DNA of 64,000 nucleotides, taken from the NCBI GenBank assembly GCA_044869955.1, contig JBIOYC010000074.1, positions 9,114-73,113 of the forward strand, given 5' to 3'. This document shows positions 22,806 to 32,426 of the stretch, in pieces (the first letter of the stretch is position 1; each line of letters opens with the position of its first letter). The notes under the pieces were generated by a model, which searched no databases, had not been told where the DNA came from, and worked only from the letters and a program-made list of their open reading frames with translations. This stretch comes from Thermoanaerobaculia bacterium. Lineage in GTDB: Bacteria; Acidobacteriota; Thermoanaerobaculia; Multivoradales; SZUA-115. The position numbers and the translations under genes were made by a program.

Positions 22806-23198
22806 ATGAGCCAGTCCGGGAAGACCGGCCGCAAGCCCGGCAAGAAGTACGTGATGATCAGCGTGGTGGCGGAGCAGCTCGCCATCCACCCGCAGACCAT
22901 CCGTCTCTATGAGCGGGAAGGGCTGATCTCCCCGACCCGCAGCGCGGGCAATACGCGGCTCTACGACGAGGAAGCGATCCGTCGTCTCGAGACCATCCTC
23001 ACCTTGACCCGCGACATGGGGATCAACCTCGCGGGGGTCGAGGTGATCCTCGGCCTCAAGGACCGTATCGAGGAGCTGCGCGCCGAGGTCGAGCGCCTGC
23101 GCGAGGATCTGCGCCAGTTCACCAACGACGAGCGTGCAGGCGTCGACCGTCGTTTCGCCCTGGTCCAGATCAAGAGCGGCCTGCCGGTGAAAAGGTAG
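22806..23198 (+). CDS. hspR: MerR-family heat-shock repressor HspR
   Basis: MerR HTH (MISVVAEQLAIHPQTIRLYEREGL) followed by a coiled coil. It sits directly downstream of dnaK. Confidence 0.8.
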   Translation: MSQSGKTGRKPGKKYVMISVVAEQLAIHPQTIRLYEREGLISPTRSAGNTRLYDEEAIRRLETILTLTRDMGINLAGVEVILGLKDRIEELRAEVERLREDLRQFTNDERAGVDRRFALVQIKSGLPVKR

Positions 23199-23256
23199 CC
23201 AAGAGGGCCGGCCAACGTGTCGGCCCTCCCCGTCGCCATTTGCTACCATCGCCCGG

Positions 23257-24042
23257 ATGGTGGAACCCCTCCCAGAAGAGTGCCCGCGTTGCCACGGCCG
23301 GGGTTGGGTGATCGTGGCCGACGGCGGCGCCGGCACCGCCCGGCCCTGTGAGTGCCGCCTCCAGGCGATGGGGCCGCGTCTGCTCGACGCATCCGGCATC
23401 CCGGCCCAGTACCGAGCCTGCTCCCTCGACGGCTTCCGGGCCAGCCATCCCGACGCTGCCGCCCGCGACCAGCTGGCCCGCGCCCTCGCCGAGAGTCGGG
23501 CCTACGTCGATGGCTTCTTGCGCGCGAACGGGCGCTTCGCGGAGGCCGGTTTGATCTACGTGGGGCCCACCGGTACCGGCAAGACCCACCTGGCAGCGGC
23601 CGTGGCCACGGCCCTGATCGAGCGCTATCGGGTGGGCTGCCGCTTCGTCGAGTTCACGGCCCTGGTGCACGAGATCCAGTCGACCTTCTCGCCCAACGCC
23701 GGAGGATCGAAGGGGGAGATCCTCGAGCCGGTCATGGAGGCCGAGCTGCTGGTGCTCGACGAGCTGGGGGCCCAGCGGCCCACGCCCTGGGTGCAGGATC
23801 TGCTCTACCTGATCATCAACACCCGCTACACCGAGCGCCGGCCGACGATCTTCACCACCAACTATCGCCTGGCCGAAGCGACGGCCCGCTCCGGTGCCGC
23901 CGAGGCCGTGGACACCCTGACCCATCGCCTGCCGGCCACCCTGGTCAGCCGCCTCTTCGAGATGGCCAAGCCGGTGCAGCTCGACGCCGTCTCCGACTAC
24001 CGGCGCGAAGTGCGCAACGTCTCCTTCCGCAGCGATCGATGA
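23257..24042 (+). CDS. DnaC/DnaI/IstB-like AAA+ ATPase with an N-terminal Cys-rich zinc-binding segment
   Basis: CPRCHGRG...CEC, Walker A GPTGTGKTHLA, Walker B LLVLDELG, sensor TTNY. There is no transposase partner or terminal IRs nearby. Confidence 0.7.
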   Translation: MVEPLPEECPRCHGRGWVIVADGGAGTARPCECRLQAMGPRLLDASGIPAQYRACSLDGFRASHPDAAARDQLARALAESRAYVDGFLRANGRFAEAGLIYVGPTGTGKTHLAAAVATALIERYRVGCRFVEFTALVHEIQSTFSPNAGGSKGEILEPVMEAELLVLDELGAQRPTPWVQDLLYLIINTRYTERRPTIFTTNYRLAEATARSGAAEAVDTLTHRLPATLVSRLFEMAKPVQLDAVSDYRREVRNVSFRSDR

Positions 24043-25946
24043 AGGGCGCCTGCCGCGGCTGCTGGGGCCGAGCCGGGACCAGCCTGCCCCTCATCCTGGC
24101 CCTCGCCGGCTGCACCACGGAGAGGTCTCCGCCGGAGCCGGCGGTGGTGGTGGTCGAGCCGGTCCTGCCTTCGGTCGTCGAGCCCCGGCTCACCAGCCCG
24201 GCGCTCGACGAGATCGTCCTCCCCAGGCTGCCGAAGCCGGAGGCGGCCTCGATCCCGGGTCAGCCTCCCGAGCCGATCGCCGTGCGCATCGGCCTCGCCG
24301 GGGACCTCCCGGTCGTCGCCTGGCCCTGCTGCACTCCGGGGCTGGTGGTCGAGCTGCCGGCCGAGCGGCTGGTGATGGACGGGGCTTTCGAGGTCCTGCC
24401 GGAGAGCCCGGGCCGGGGCGGCTTCTTCCACCGGCTGCAGGTCGCGGCCCTGCGCGACGAGCCAGCGGCCACCGAGCTGGCGCGGCGGCTCGCCGCGGCG
24501 ACCGGCCAGCCCGCGGATGCCCACTACGACCCGAGCGTGGACCTCTATCGCGTGCGCGTCGGGCGCTTCGCCAGCCGTGCCGAGGCCGAGGCGCTCAAGA
24601 AGAGGTCGATCCCCGGCCTCGCTGCCGGCTTCCCGGTCGCCGAGCCGGCCCCCGGACAGGAGGCGGTCGGTCTGATCCTGCGCAACGGCTCCGAGTCCCG
24701 CCGAGTGGCGGGCCGGAGATTGGTGCTGGTGCCCCCCGAGGGCCAATCGATCGGCTGGCAAGGAGGGCGCTACCGGGGTCGCCTCGCCGTCCACCTCAAC
24801 CCTCGTGGCAGCCTCAACGTGGTCAACGAGCTGCCCCTCGAGGGCTATCTGCGCGGGGTGGTGCCCAAGGAGCTGGGGCCGGAGGCCTATCCCCGGCTCG
24901 AGGCCCTGAAAGCCCAGGCGGTGGCGGCCCGCACCTACACGCTGCGCAATTTGGGCCTGTTCGAGCTCGAGGGCTATGACCTCTGCGCCACCCCCCGCTG
25001 CCAGGTCTACGGCGGCCTCGAGACCGAGCACCCTCTGTCCGACCGCGCCGTGGCCGAGACCGCCGACCAGGTGCTGATCTTCGACGGGCAGCCGATCGAG
25101 TCTTTCTACACGGCCAGCTGCGGGGGGCACACCGAGGACGTGCGGGTGGTCTTTCCGAACAAGCAGGCGGCCTACCTGCGGGCGGTGCCCTGCGTCGAGG
25201 CGGGCGAGGTGCGCCTCGGCGGCTCCCAGCGCCGGGGCGCTCCCTTCCCCGGAGGGCTGGCGAAGGCCCTCGAGACGGCGGAGAGCCGAGGCCAGCTGGA
25301 ACGCCGGGAGCTGGTCTATCTCGCCCGCCGGACCGGTGGAGTGATGGTGCTCGATCAAGGGATCGAGACCCGCCTGGCCTTGCCGGCCAAGCTCGCGACC
25401 TTCCGCCAGGACAGCGGCCGCCTGGTCGCCGGCGAGCTCCGTGTCGCCGCCGGCGACCGCCTCACCGCCTTGCGCTCCGGCGGCCAGCTGCTGGCCCTGC
25501 TGCAGGAACAGGAAGCGGCGACCTTCCCCCGCGACCGTGCCGCGTCGCTGCGCTTGTGGACCCGGACCAAGACCGAGGGGGAGCTGGCGGCGCGAGTTTC
25601 CGATCGCTTCCCTGGCTTCCCCTTCCGTGGCTTCGAGGTCCTGGAGCGTGGTGTCTCGGGCCGGGTGGGGAAGCTGCGCCTGCTCGGCTTCGGCGGCAAG
25701 TCGGAGGTCGTGGCCGGGCTCGAGGTGCGCTTCCTCCTCGACTTGCCGGAGACCCTCTTCACCGTCGAGCGCGGCAAAGGGAGCCGCGGCCGGCACAGCT
25801 GGGTGTTCAAGGGGCAGGGCTGGGGGCACGGGGTCGGCCTGTGCCAGACCGGGGCCTTCTCCATGGCTGGTCGAGGGGCGAGCTACCGCGAGATCCTCGC
25901 GCACTACTACCGCGGGACGCAGCTCGCGCGGGTACGACGGCCCTAG
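24039..25946 (+). CDS. SpoIID/LytB-domain lipoprotein with a SPOR-like segment
   Basis: Lipobox LALAGC. The SpoIID signature is YTASCGGHTED plus HGVGLCQTGA. The start overlaps the upstream stop (ATGA). Confidence 0.75.
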   Translation: MKGACRGCWGRAGTSLPLILALAGCTTERSPPEPAVVVVEPVLPSVVEPRLTSPALDEIVLPRLPKPEAASIPGQPPEPIAVRIGLAGDLPVVAWPCCTPGLVVELPAERLVMDGAFEVLPESPGRGGFFHRLQVAALRDEPAATELARRLAAATGQPADAHYDPSVDLYRVRVGRFASRAEAEALKKRSIPGLAAGFPVAEPAPGQEAVGLILRNGSESRRVAGRRLVLVPPEGQSIGWQGGRYRGRLAVHLNPRGSLNVVNELPLEGYLRGVVPKELGPEAYPRLEALKAQAVAARTYTLRNLGLFELEGYDLCATPRCQVYGGLETEHPLSDRAVAETADQVLIFDGQPIESFYTASCGGHTEDVRVVFPNKQAAYLRAVPCVEAGEVRLGGSQRRGAPFPGGLAKALETAESRGQLERRELVYLARRTGGVMVLDQGIETRLALPAKLATFRQDSGRLVAGELRVAAGDRLTALRSGGQLLALLQEQEAATFPRDRAASLRLWTRTKTEGELAARVSDRFPGFPFRGFEVLERGVSGRVGKLRLLGFGGKSEVVAGLEVRFLLDLPETLFTVERGKGSRGRHSWVFKGQGWGHGVGLCQTGAFSMAGRGASYREILAHYYRGTQLARVRRP

Positions 25947-26054
25947 CCGGGAACGGCACGGCGCCGAGAAGCACTTATACTGTAGGAGCTTGAGACAACC
26001 ACGAATCGGCGATCGGGGCCCGCGCCCGGGCACCCGCTGAAGGAGACTCCTACT

Positions 26055-27851
26055 ATGAGAGCCACCATCCTGGTCCGTGCCTCGCTGGCCCTGACGACCT
26101 TCTTGATCCCGACCCTGGCTCTTGCCCAGGAGGCGCCCTTGCGGGTGGGACCCCCTGCCGCCGAGAGCGTCGCGATTCCCCCACCCCTGCGCCTCGCGGA
26201 ACGTGCCGACGCCGTCCCCCTCGCCTCCCTGGCGCCGGCGATCGAGCGCGAGTCGGCCCGTCTCGGCGCCCTCGCCCTCCACAACCGCCAGCGTCAGCTG
26301 CCGGTGCAGAACGGCTTCGCACGTGACGTGCCGCGCCTCGAGCGCCTGCGCATCCAGCCCGGAAGCGCCCAGCTCTCGCAGCGGGCCGCGGGCGGCCTGC
26401 TGGAGCGCACCGCCGAGGGCCGGTTGGTGTGGGGGACCGAGGTGCGGGTCGCGGACGCCTGGCGCCTACGGCTCCATCTCTCCGGGGTGGCGTTGCCACC
26501 CGGCTCGCGACTGTGGGTCTACGGTGAGAGGGAGACGGTGGGCCCCTTCGGGCTCGAGCTCAAGGGACCCGACGGCGACCTTTGGACGCCCTCGGTGGGC
26601 GGGAACGCGATCCGCCTGGAGGTCGAGATGCCGGCCTCGGGTGGAGAAGCCGGCTTCCTGGTCGATCGGGTGCTCGAGCTCTTCGAGCTGGACACCCAGG
26701 GCGCCGCGGTGACCGCCCAGTCCACCGCGGGCGATCCGCCCTGTCTGGTCGACGTCCAGTGCGTCAACAGCTCGGTCTTCGACGTCGTCGACCTCGCCCA
26801 GGCGGCCATCGCCCACATCCAGTTCATCGACGGCGGCCTGGGCTTCATCTGCTCGGGCGGGCTGCTGAATGACCAGGGCTCCACGGGGACGCCGTGGTTC
26901 CTCACCGCCAACCACTGCTTCGACAACCAGTCCGCGGCCTCGACCCTCGAGGCCTACTTCGACTACTTCTCTGCCACTTGTGGCGGGGCGGCGCCGAGCC
27001 TCGGCTCCCTGCCGCGGGCCACCGGCTCGACCCTGGTGGCCACCGGCTCGCTGGATCTCGGGATGTCGGACTTCACCTTCCTGCAGCTCTCCAGTGCGCC
27101 CGGCAACCGGGTGTTCCTGGGTTGGAACGCCAATACCTCGGCTACCGCCAACGGCACCACTCTGCACCGCATCTCCCATCCCCTGGGCCTCAAGCAGCAC
27201 TATTCGCAGAACCACGTCGACACCGCCGCCATCACCTGCGCGGGAGCGCCCCGACCGACCTTCCTCTACTCGACCTACAACGCCGGCGTGGGCAACCAGG
27301 GCGGCACCTTCGGCGGCAGCTCGGGCTCGCCGACCATCCGTTCCGGCGGCCAGGTGGTCGGGCAGCTGACCGGCGGCTGCGGCCCCAACCCCAGCGATGG
27401 CTGCGACTACGACAACGCGGACGTGGATGGCGCCTTCGCGTCGACCTTTCCCTTCATCGCGGATTCACTGAACCCTCCGGACGGGGCCTGTGTCGCCGGG
27501 CCGACCACCATGTGCCTGGTCGGCGGCCGGTTCAAGGTGGAGGTCGACTACGACACTGGGTCACCGCAGAACCTCTCCGGTCCTGGCTCGGTGGTGCCCC
27601 TCGGCTCGGACAACTCCGGCATGTTCTACTTCTTCAACGCGGACAACTGGGAGATGCTGATCAAGGTCCTCGACGCCTGCGCTCTGCCCTCCAATCCGCG
27701 TTACTGGGTGTTCTTCGCGGCCACGACGAACGTCGGTTTCACGGTCACGGTCACGGACACGGACAACGGCAGCTTCAAGACCTACACCAACCCGATCGGC
27801 ACGGCCGCAGCGCCGGTGCAGGACACCAACTCCTTCGCCACCTGCCCGTAG
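26055..27851 (+). CDS. Secreted trypsin-fold serine protease (S1; lysyl/glutamyl-endopeptidase-like) with a C-terminal beta-rich domain
   Basis: Signal peptide. TANHC (His), GGSSGSP (Ser). SD AAGGAGA. Confidence 0.75.
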   Translation: MRATILVRASLALTTFLIPTLALAQEAPLRVGPPAAESVAIPPPLRLAERADAVPLASLAPAIERESARLGALALHNRQRQLPVQNGFARDVPRLERLRIQPGSAQLSQRAAGGLLERTAEGRLVWGTEVRVADAWRLRLHLSGVALPPGSRLWVYGERETVGPFGLELKGPDGDLWTPSVGGNAIRLEVEMPASGGEAGFLVDRVLELFELDTQGAAVTAQSTAGDPPCLVDVQCVNSSVFDVVDLAQAAIAHIQFIDGGLGFICSGGLLNDQGSTGTPWFLTANHCFDNQSAASTLEAYFDYFSATCGGAAPSLGSLPRATGSTLVATGSLDLGMSDFTFLQLSSAPGNRVFLGWNANTSATANGTTLHRISHPLGLKQHYSQNHVDTAAITCAGAPRPTFLYSTYNAGVGNQGGTFGGSSGSPTIRSGGQVVGQLTGGCGPNPSDGCDYDNADVDGAFASTFPFIADSLNPPDGACVAGPTTMCLVGGRFKVEVDYDTGSPQNLSGPGSVVPLGSDNSGMFYFFNADNWEMLIKVLDACALPSNPRYWVFFAATTNVGFTVTVTDTDNGSFKTYTNPIGTAAAPVQDTNSFATCP

Positions 27852-27867
27852 CGGCCTGGCCCAGCAC

Positions 27868-27895
27868 CCCGGTGCGAGGACTCCCTCGCGCCGGG
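27868..27895. terminator. 12-bp stem hairpin (CCCGGTGCGAGG-ACTC-CCTCGCGCCGGG) between the convergent S1 protease and nitrilase genes
   Basis: Read directly. It includes one G-U pair and has no U-tract. Confidence 0.45.
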
Positions 27896-27900
27896 CCGCC

Positions 27901-28659
27901 CTACCGCCGATCCTTCAGGAAGGGCAGTCTCGCCCGGGTCTCGGCCACCAAGGTCGGGTCGATCTCGGCGAGCAGCAGGGTCTCGCCCCGGGAGGCCGAG
28001 GCCAGCGTCTCGCCCATCGGGTCGACGATCCGGCTGTCCCCGACGTAGACCAGCCGCCCTCCCTCGCCGACCCTGTTGACCGCCACCACGTAGGCCTGAT
28101 TCTCGATCGCCCGCGCGGTGGCGAGGCCCACCCAGTGGTGGCGCCGGGTCTCCGGCCAGTTGGCCACCACCAGGTAGGCGTCGGTCCCCGGGGCCACGGC
28201 CCAGAATTCATCGGCGAAGCGCAGGTCGTAGCAGACGAAGAGGGAGAAGCGCACGCCTTCGATCGTCACCGTCACCCGCTCGCGGCCGGCCTCGAAGTGC
28301 TCCTGCTCGCCGGCGTAGGTGAAGGGATGGATCTTGGCGTAGCGGTGGAGCTCCCCGCCTGGCCCCGCAACCAGCAGGGTGTTGGCCGGCCGCTCGGCGC
28401 CGGGTGAGCGCTCGGGGAGGGAGCCGGCGAGCCAGCAGCCCAGGCGCCTGGCCTCGCGGACCAGGAACTCGGTGGAGGGTCCCCCGGGAGGCTCGGCGGT
28501 GCGCTCGGTCGCCATCGAGAAGCCGCAGGCGAACATCTCGGGCAGGGCGATCAGGCGGGCCCCGGTCGCGGCGGCGCGCTCGAGCCAGGGAACGAGCCGT
28601 GCGAAGTTGCCCGGCGGGTCTTCCCAAAGGATATCGGTCTGGAGGGCGGCGACGCGCAT
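27901..28659 (-). CDS. Carbon-nitrogen hydrolase (nitrilase superfamily, omega-amidase-like)
   Basis: The E-K-C triad context is ALPEMF, YAKIHPF and FVCYDLRF. Confidence 0.8.
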   Translation of the reverse strand: MRVAALQTDILWEDPPGNFARLVPWLERAAATGARLIALPEMFACGFSMATERTAEPPGGPSTEFLVREARRLGCWLAGSLPERSPGAERPANTLLVAGPGGELHRYAKIHPFTYAGEQEHFEAGRERVTVTIEGVRFSLFVCYDLRFADEFWAVAPGTDAYLVVANWPETRRHHWVGLATARAIENQAYVVAVNRVGEGGRLVYVGDSRIVDPMGETLASASRGETLLLAEIDPTLVAETRARLPFLKDRR

Positions 28660-28791
28660 GGCGGGAGGATGGCCGATCGGTGGGCCGGAAGCAAGACTGC
28701 GGGACCTCGTCTCGCAAATTGGCGACTTCGCCGTCTTGACTACAAGGTTCGAGAGAACTTAAAATCGCGCATCACTAGAGATGGTATACCC

Positions 28792-29559
28792 ATGAACGAG
28801 AGACACTGCTTGCGGCCCATGAGTTGGATCCTGGTCGGATTTCTGACGGGCAGCGCTGTGCTCGCCGAGGTTCCCGACCGAATCGATTCCCCTCTCAAAT
28901 CACCCTCCAACGTCCTTTGGCTTTCAGAGGAGCTTGCCTTCAGTCCTTCCGGTGAGCTTCGCAGCGAGCTGTTCTCGAGTTCCGAGCTTTCCATGCTCCG
29001 CAACGAGGTTGAGGGCCTTCGTCGCGCCAGAGCACGCGCAGTGGACGGCAGTGCCGAGACCGCGTGTCCTCTGATCCAAGTGGGCGATCGCGACTTTGCG
29101 GCCGATCGGCCCACCCTGGCGCAAGTGTTCGAGGAAGCTAAGCTCGTGGTCCTGGGGGAGCTAGCCGCGGTCGAGCAAGGTGTGTTCTACGGCCAGTTCG
29201 TGACCCTCTACGAGCTCCGGATCGAGACCGTCGCCAAGGCCCCGGCCAGTTGGAGCGCGCCCGAAACTCTCCTGTTCGTGGGTGTCCGCTTCGACCGAGT
29301 GGTCGATGGTACGCGCGTCTGTCTGGCCGGATCGCGCTTCCCTCATGAGCCGACACTAGGTCGTCGGGTCCTGATTCTCGCTCGAGCGATCCCGGTCGAG
29401 AGCCCGGTCGTTTTGAACCCGCTCGAGGACGAGCTCTACTTCGAGATCGAGGGCGGAGTCGCCTCCTTGCCATGGGCCAAGGCGACGGGCCTGCCGGCTG
29501 GGGTGTCCTGGGCCGAAGTAGAGAGGCAGCTGTTCGCTGTACAGGACAAGCGGCCATGA
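28792..29559 (+). CDS. Secreted hypothetical protein (P2), partner of the downstream snapalysin-like metzincin
   Basis: Signal peptide. Its stop overlaps the next start (ATGA at 29556-29559). It shows faint similarity to P1 (AKLVVLGELAAV against ADVVIEGEVLQV). Confidence 0.55.
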   Translation: MNERHCLRPMSWILVGFLTGSAVLAEVPDRIDSPLKSPSNVLWLSEELAFSPSGELRSELFSSSELSMLRNEVEGLRRARARAVDGSAETACPLIQVGDRDFAADRPTLAQVFEEAKLVVLGELAAVEQGVFYGQFVTLYELRIETVAKAPASWSAPETLLFVGVRFDRVVDGTRVCLAGSRFPHEPTLGRRVLILARAIPVESPVVLNPLEDELYFEIEGGVASLPWAKATGLPAGVSWAEVERQLFAVQDKRP

Positions 29560-30203
29560 AGACTACCCGTCCCGGCGGGCTGGGCCGGTCGAGGTGGGCT
29601 GCTCTGTTGCTTTGCTTCTTGGCAGCAGCGACCGGGACGGATGCCAGAGGAGACAGCTGTGCCAACAGCTATTCGGAAATCTCGGCCAGTTCTGCCATCG
29701 ATACCATCCGACTCAACGGAATCTACGGCGACCGAGCCCCCTGCATCAGCTGTCTGTCGACCGCGGCGAGCGCGTGGTCCAGTGCCTGTGGGAGCAGCAG
29801 TCTCCCCAACCTGACCACCAGCGGGGCTGCCGACATGGTCGTCCCGGTCTATTTCCTGCTTGGTCAGAATCCAGGAACGGTCCCGGGCTGCAGCGGCACC
29901 AAGTGCGCGTGTACGCGGCTGACTTTCTCCGGGGGTCAGATTGCCACCGCACAGATCTACATCTGGGAAGCCACCGGTGGTGGGCAGAACTGCACCGCGC
30001 AACAGACGGCAGTTCTCACTCACGAGATCGGGCATCTTCTCGGTCTGGAGGACCCCTCGCCGGGGACCTGCACGACGAGGATCATGGGCAACGTCACTGG
30101 TGCCATCGCTGCCGCCGACTGCAACGAAGTGGATGGCAACTTCTACATGAGCTGGGAGGGAGGAGTGCCGAATGACCACGACTGCGTCTGGCGCGAATAC
30201 TGA
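29556..30203 (+). CDS. Small secreted Cys-rich zinc metalloprotease, snapalysin-like metzincin (HEIGHLLGLED plus RIMGN Met-turn)
   Basis: HExxHxxGxxD with Asp as the third ligand, as in the M7 snapalysin family. Signal peptide. Eleven Cys. Confidence 0.65.
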   Translation: MKTTRPGGLGRSRWAALLLCFLAAATGTDARGDSCANSYSEISASSAIDTIRLNGIYGDRAPCISCLSTAASAWSSACGSSSLPNLTTSGAADMVVPVYFLLGQNPGTVPGCSGTKCACTRLTFSGGQIATAQIYIWEATGGGQNCTAQQTAVLTHEIGHLLGLEDPSPGTCTTRIMGNVTGAIAAADCNEVDGNFYMSWEGGVPNDHDCVWREY

Positions 30204-30873
30204 GCAACTCCTGCGCCGAGCCCGCACCCGCGTCAGCTGGTGCTTGCTCCTGGTGGTCCCCGGCTTCGTCGTCCCCGCGATGGCCGATCACGCCTGCACC
30301 AGCCCTTTGATTCTCAATCTGGACGATAACGGGCGGATCGACACGACGGGCGAAGAGCACTGGGTCGACTTCGACATCGATGGCGATGGCGAGCTCGATC
30401 GCATCGCTTGGACCAGCTTCGAAGCCGAAGATGCTCTCCTTTGGCTGGACCTCAACGACAACCGCCTGGCGGATCACGGCGGCGAGCTCTTCGGCGACTC
30501 CACCCGCCTTCCATCGGGTGAGTTGGCCCGCAATGGCTTTGAGGCGTTGGCGGTTTACGATCGGCCGGAGCAGGGCGGCGATGGGGATGGGCGGATCACC
30601 GCCCTCGACCGGATCTGGCCCCGCCTGCGCCTGTGGGCCGACTTCAACCACGATGCCGTCTCGCAGCCGGAAGAGATCCACCGTCTCACGCCTTCGGCAG
30701 TTCTAGCCATCGACCTAGCCTACGAGAAGGCGCAGGTGCTCGACGGTCACGGCAACCTCCACGCCCTGCGGGGGACCTTCGTGAGACGCGTAAGAGAGGC
30801 AGGCTTCGAGAGGATCCAGCAGGAGCTGGTCGAGGACGTTTCCTTCCTCTCGGAGGAGTTGCACCAACCTTGA
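30172..30873 (+). CDS. Secreted hypothetical protein with EF-hand/dockerin-like DxDxDG calcium-binding motifs
   Basis: DFDIDGDGELD, DLNDNRLAD, GGDGDGRITALD. Signal peptide. The start is uncertain; the ATG at 30172 overlaps the upstream gene by 32 bp. Confidence 0.5.
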   Translation: MTTTASGANTEQLLRRARTRVSWCLLLVVPGFVVPAMADHACTSPLILNLDDNGRIDTTGEEHWVDFDIDGDGELDRIAWTSFEAEDALLWLDLNDNRLADHGGELFGDSTRLPSGELARNGFEALAVYDRPEQGGDGDGRITALDRIWPRLRLWADFNHDAVSQPEEIHRLTPSAVLAIDLAYEKAQVLDGHGNLHALRGTFVRRVREAGFERIQQELVEDVSFLSEELHQP

Positions 30874-30894
30874 CCGTTGGCGAGCCCGTGCTCC

Positions 30895-32412
30895 TCAGTC
30901 GTCGGCCGCCGAGGCGTCCTTGATCACGAAGCGGGCCGAGAGGCGCGCCACCTCGGTGGCGAGCCCGGCGAGCTCCACCGAGCGCAGCACTTCGGCGAAG
31001 TCCTTGTAGGCGGCGGGGGCCTCGTCCCGGGGATAGTTGCGGCCGTTGAAGAGGATGTCGCGCTCCTCGAAGGAACGGTCGATCTCCCCTTGGTCGAGCT
31101 CACGGATCGCCCGCTTGCGGCCCAAGGCCCTCCCGGCGCCGTGGTTGACGCTAAAGCAGGAGAGCGCGGCCCCGGGCTCGGCCACCATCACCGAGGAGCC
31201 GGCCTGGGGGTTGCCCGGCAGCAGGATCGGGTGGCCGGTCTGCGCGAACGGAGTGCCGGCGAGCTCGTGGTGCCCGGCTGGGAAGGCGCGGGTGGCGCCC
31301 TTGCGGTGGACCCACATCCGTCGCCCCTCGACCACCTCGAGCCGGGCGATGTTGTGGCTGATGAAGTAGACCAAGGAGGCCTGGACGCCCGGCACGACCT
31401 CCTGGAAGGCCTCGAGCACCAGCGCATTGATCAAGAGGTGGTTGAGCGTGGCGAAGTTGGCGCCGAGAGCCATGTCGTCGAGGTAGTCATCGGCCTCGGC
31501 CGTGCCCAGCGGCGCATAGACCAGCTCGCGATCCCCGCCCGGCAGGGGGATGCTCCAGGTGGCGAACTTCTGCTGCAGAGTCTTGAACTGGCGCGAGGCG
31601 AGCAGGTGCCCGAAGCCCCGCGAGCCGCAGTGGGAGAGGAAGGCCGCCCGACCGTCGGCGAGCCCGAAGGACTCCGCCACCCAGCGGGCGCGGTCGCTGC
31701 CGGCCACCTCGACTACCTCACACTCGCCGAAGTGGTTGCCACCGCCGTAGGAGCCGAGCTGCTGGACCTTCTCGCCGAACTTGCCGAAGGCTGGGTCAGT
31801 ACCCAGCAGGCGCTCGAGACGCACCGCCAGGGCCTCCTGGGTGCCATCGTGGCCGCGGTGGAAGGCGTCCTCGCAGCGCTCGGCCCATTCGGGTGGGATG
31901 CCGAGAGCCTCGCAGACCGCGTCCGAGGCTCCCTCCACCACCAGCCGGCGGCCGAGATCCTCCGCCACCCGCCGTGCCTTCCTCACCGAGCGCTGGCCCT
32001 TGCCGGCGCCGGTGGGCACCCGCTCGCCGATGGCCTCGATCAAGGCCCGACGTACCTTGCGGTCCACCACCGCCTCGGCGGGCAGGTCGAGCTGAAGCAG
32101 GCTCATCGAGCACTTGATGTCGACGCCGACCGGACCGGGGTAGATGTGGCTGGGCGAGGCGACCACGCAGCCGACCGGCGCCCCGTAGCCGACGTGAGCG
32201 TCCGGGTTGAGCACGACCCGGGCGACGCCCGGGGACATCCGGGTGTTCATAGCCTGCTGAAGGCAGCCGGCGTCGAAAGTTCGGCGGATGGCCTCGGTGC
32301 CGATCACGGTGATCGGCGGCAGCGAGCCGCCGGCGACCGGCAAGAGGGCGGTAGCCTCGCCGGTCGGCACCAGCTCAAAGCCGGTGGCTTCAGAAGGGTT
32401 GGCAGAGGTCAT
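30895..32412 (-). CDS. rtcB: RNA-splicing ligase RtcB
   Basis: Collinear with the RtcB family (GVDIKCSM, GGGNHF, HNIA, VNHGAGR metal/GMP-His blocks). The upstream part of the 964-aa track ORF is rejected. Confidence 0.85.
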   Translation of the reverse strand: MTSANPSEATGFELVPTGEATALLPVAGGSLPPITVIGTEAIRRTFDAGCLQQAMNTRMSPGVARVVLNPDAHVGYGAPVGCVVASPSHIYPGPVGVDIKCSMSLLQLDLPAEAVVDRKVRRALIEAIGERVPTGAGKGQRSVRKARRVAEDLGRRLVVEGASDAVCEALGIPPEWAERCEDAFHRGHDGTQEALAVRLERLLGTDPAFGKFGEKVQQLGSYGGGNHFGECEVVEVAGSDRARWVAESFGLADGRAAFLSHCGSRGFGHLLASRQFKTLQQKFATWSIPLPGGDRELVYAPLGTAEADDYLDDMALGANFATLNHLLINALVLEAFQEVVPGVQASLVYFISHNIARLEVVEGRRMWVHRKGATRAFPAGHHELAGTPFAQTGHPILLPGNPQAGSSVMVAEPGAALSCFSVNHGAGRALGRKRAIRELDQGEIDRSFEERDILFNGRNYPRDEAPAAYKDFAEVLRSVELAGLATEVARLSARFVIKDASAADD

Positions 32413-32426
32413 GGGCGGGCGGGAGG

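Larger units (their letters stand above)
28700..30900. other. Compositionally atypical island (~60% GC against ~70% background) carrying three secreted-protein genes
   Basis: A visibly AT-richer codon choice across 28.7-30.9 kb, ending at the RtcB gene. Confidence 0.5.
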
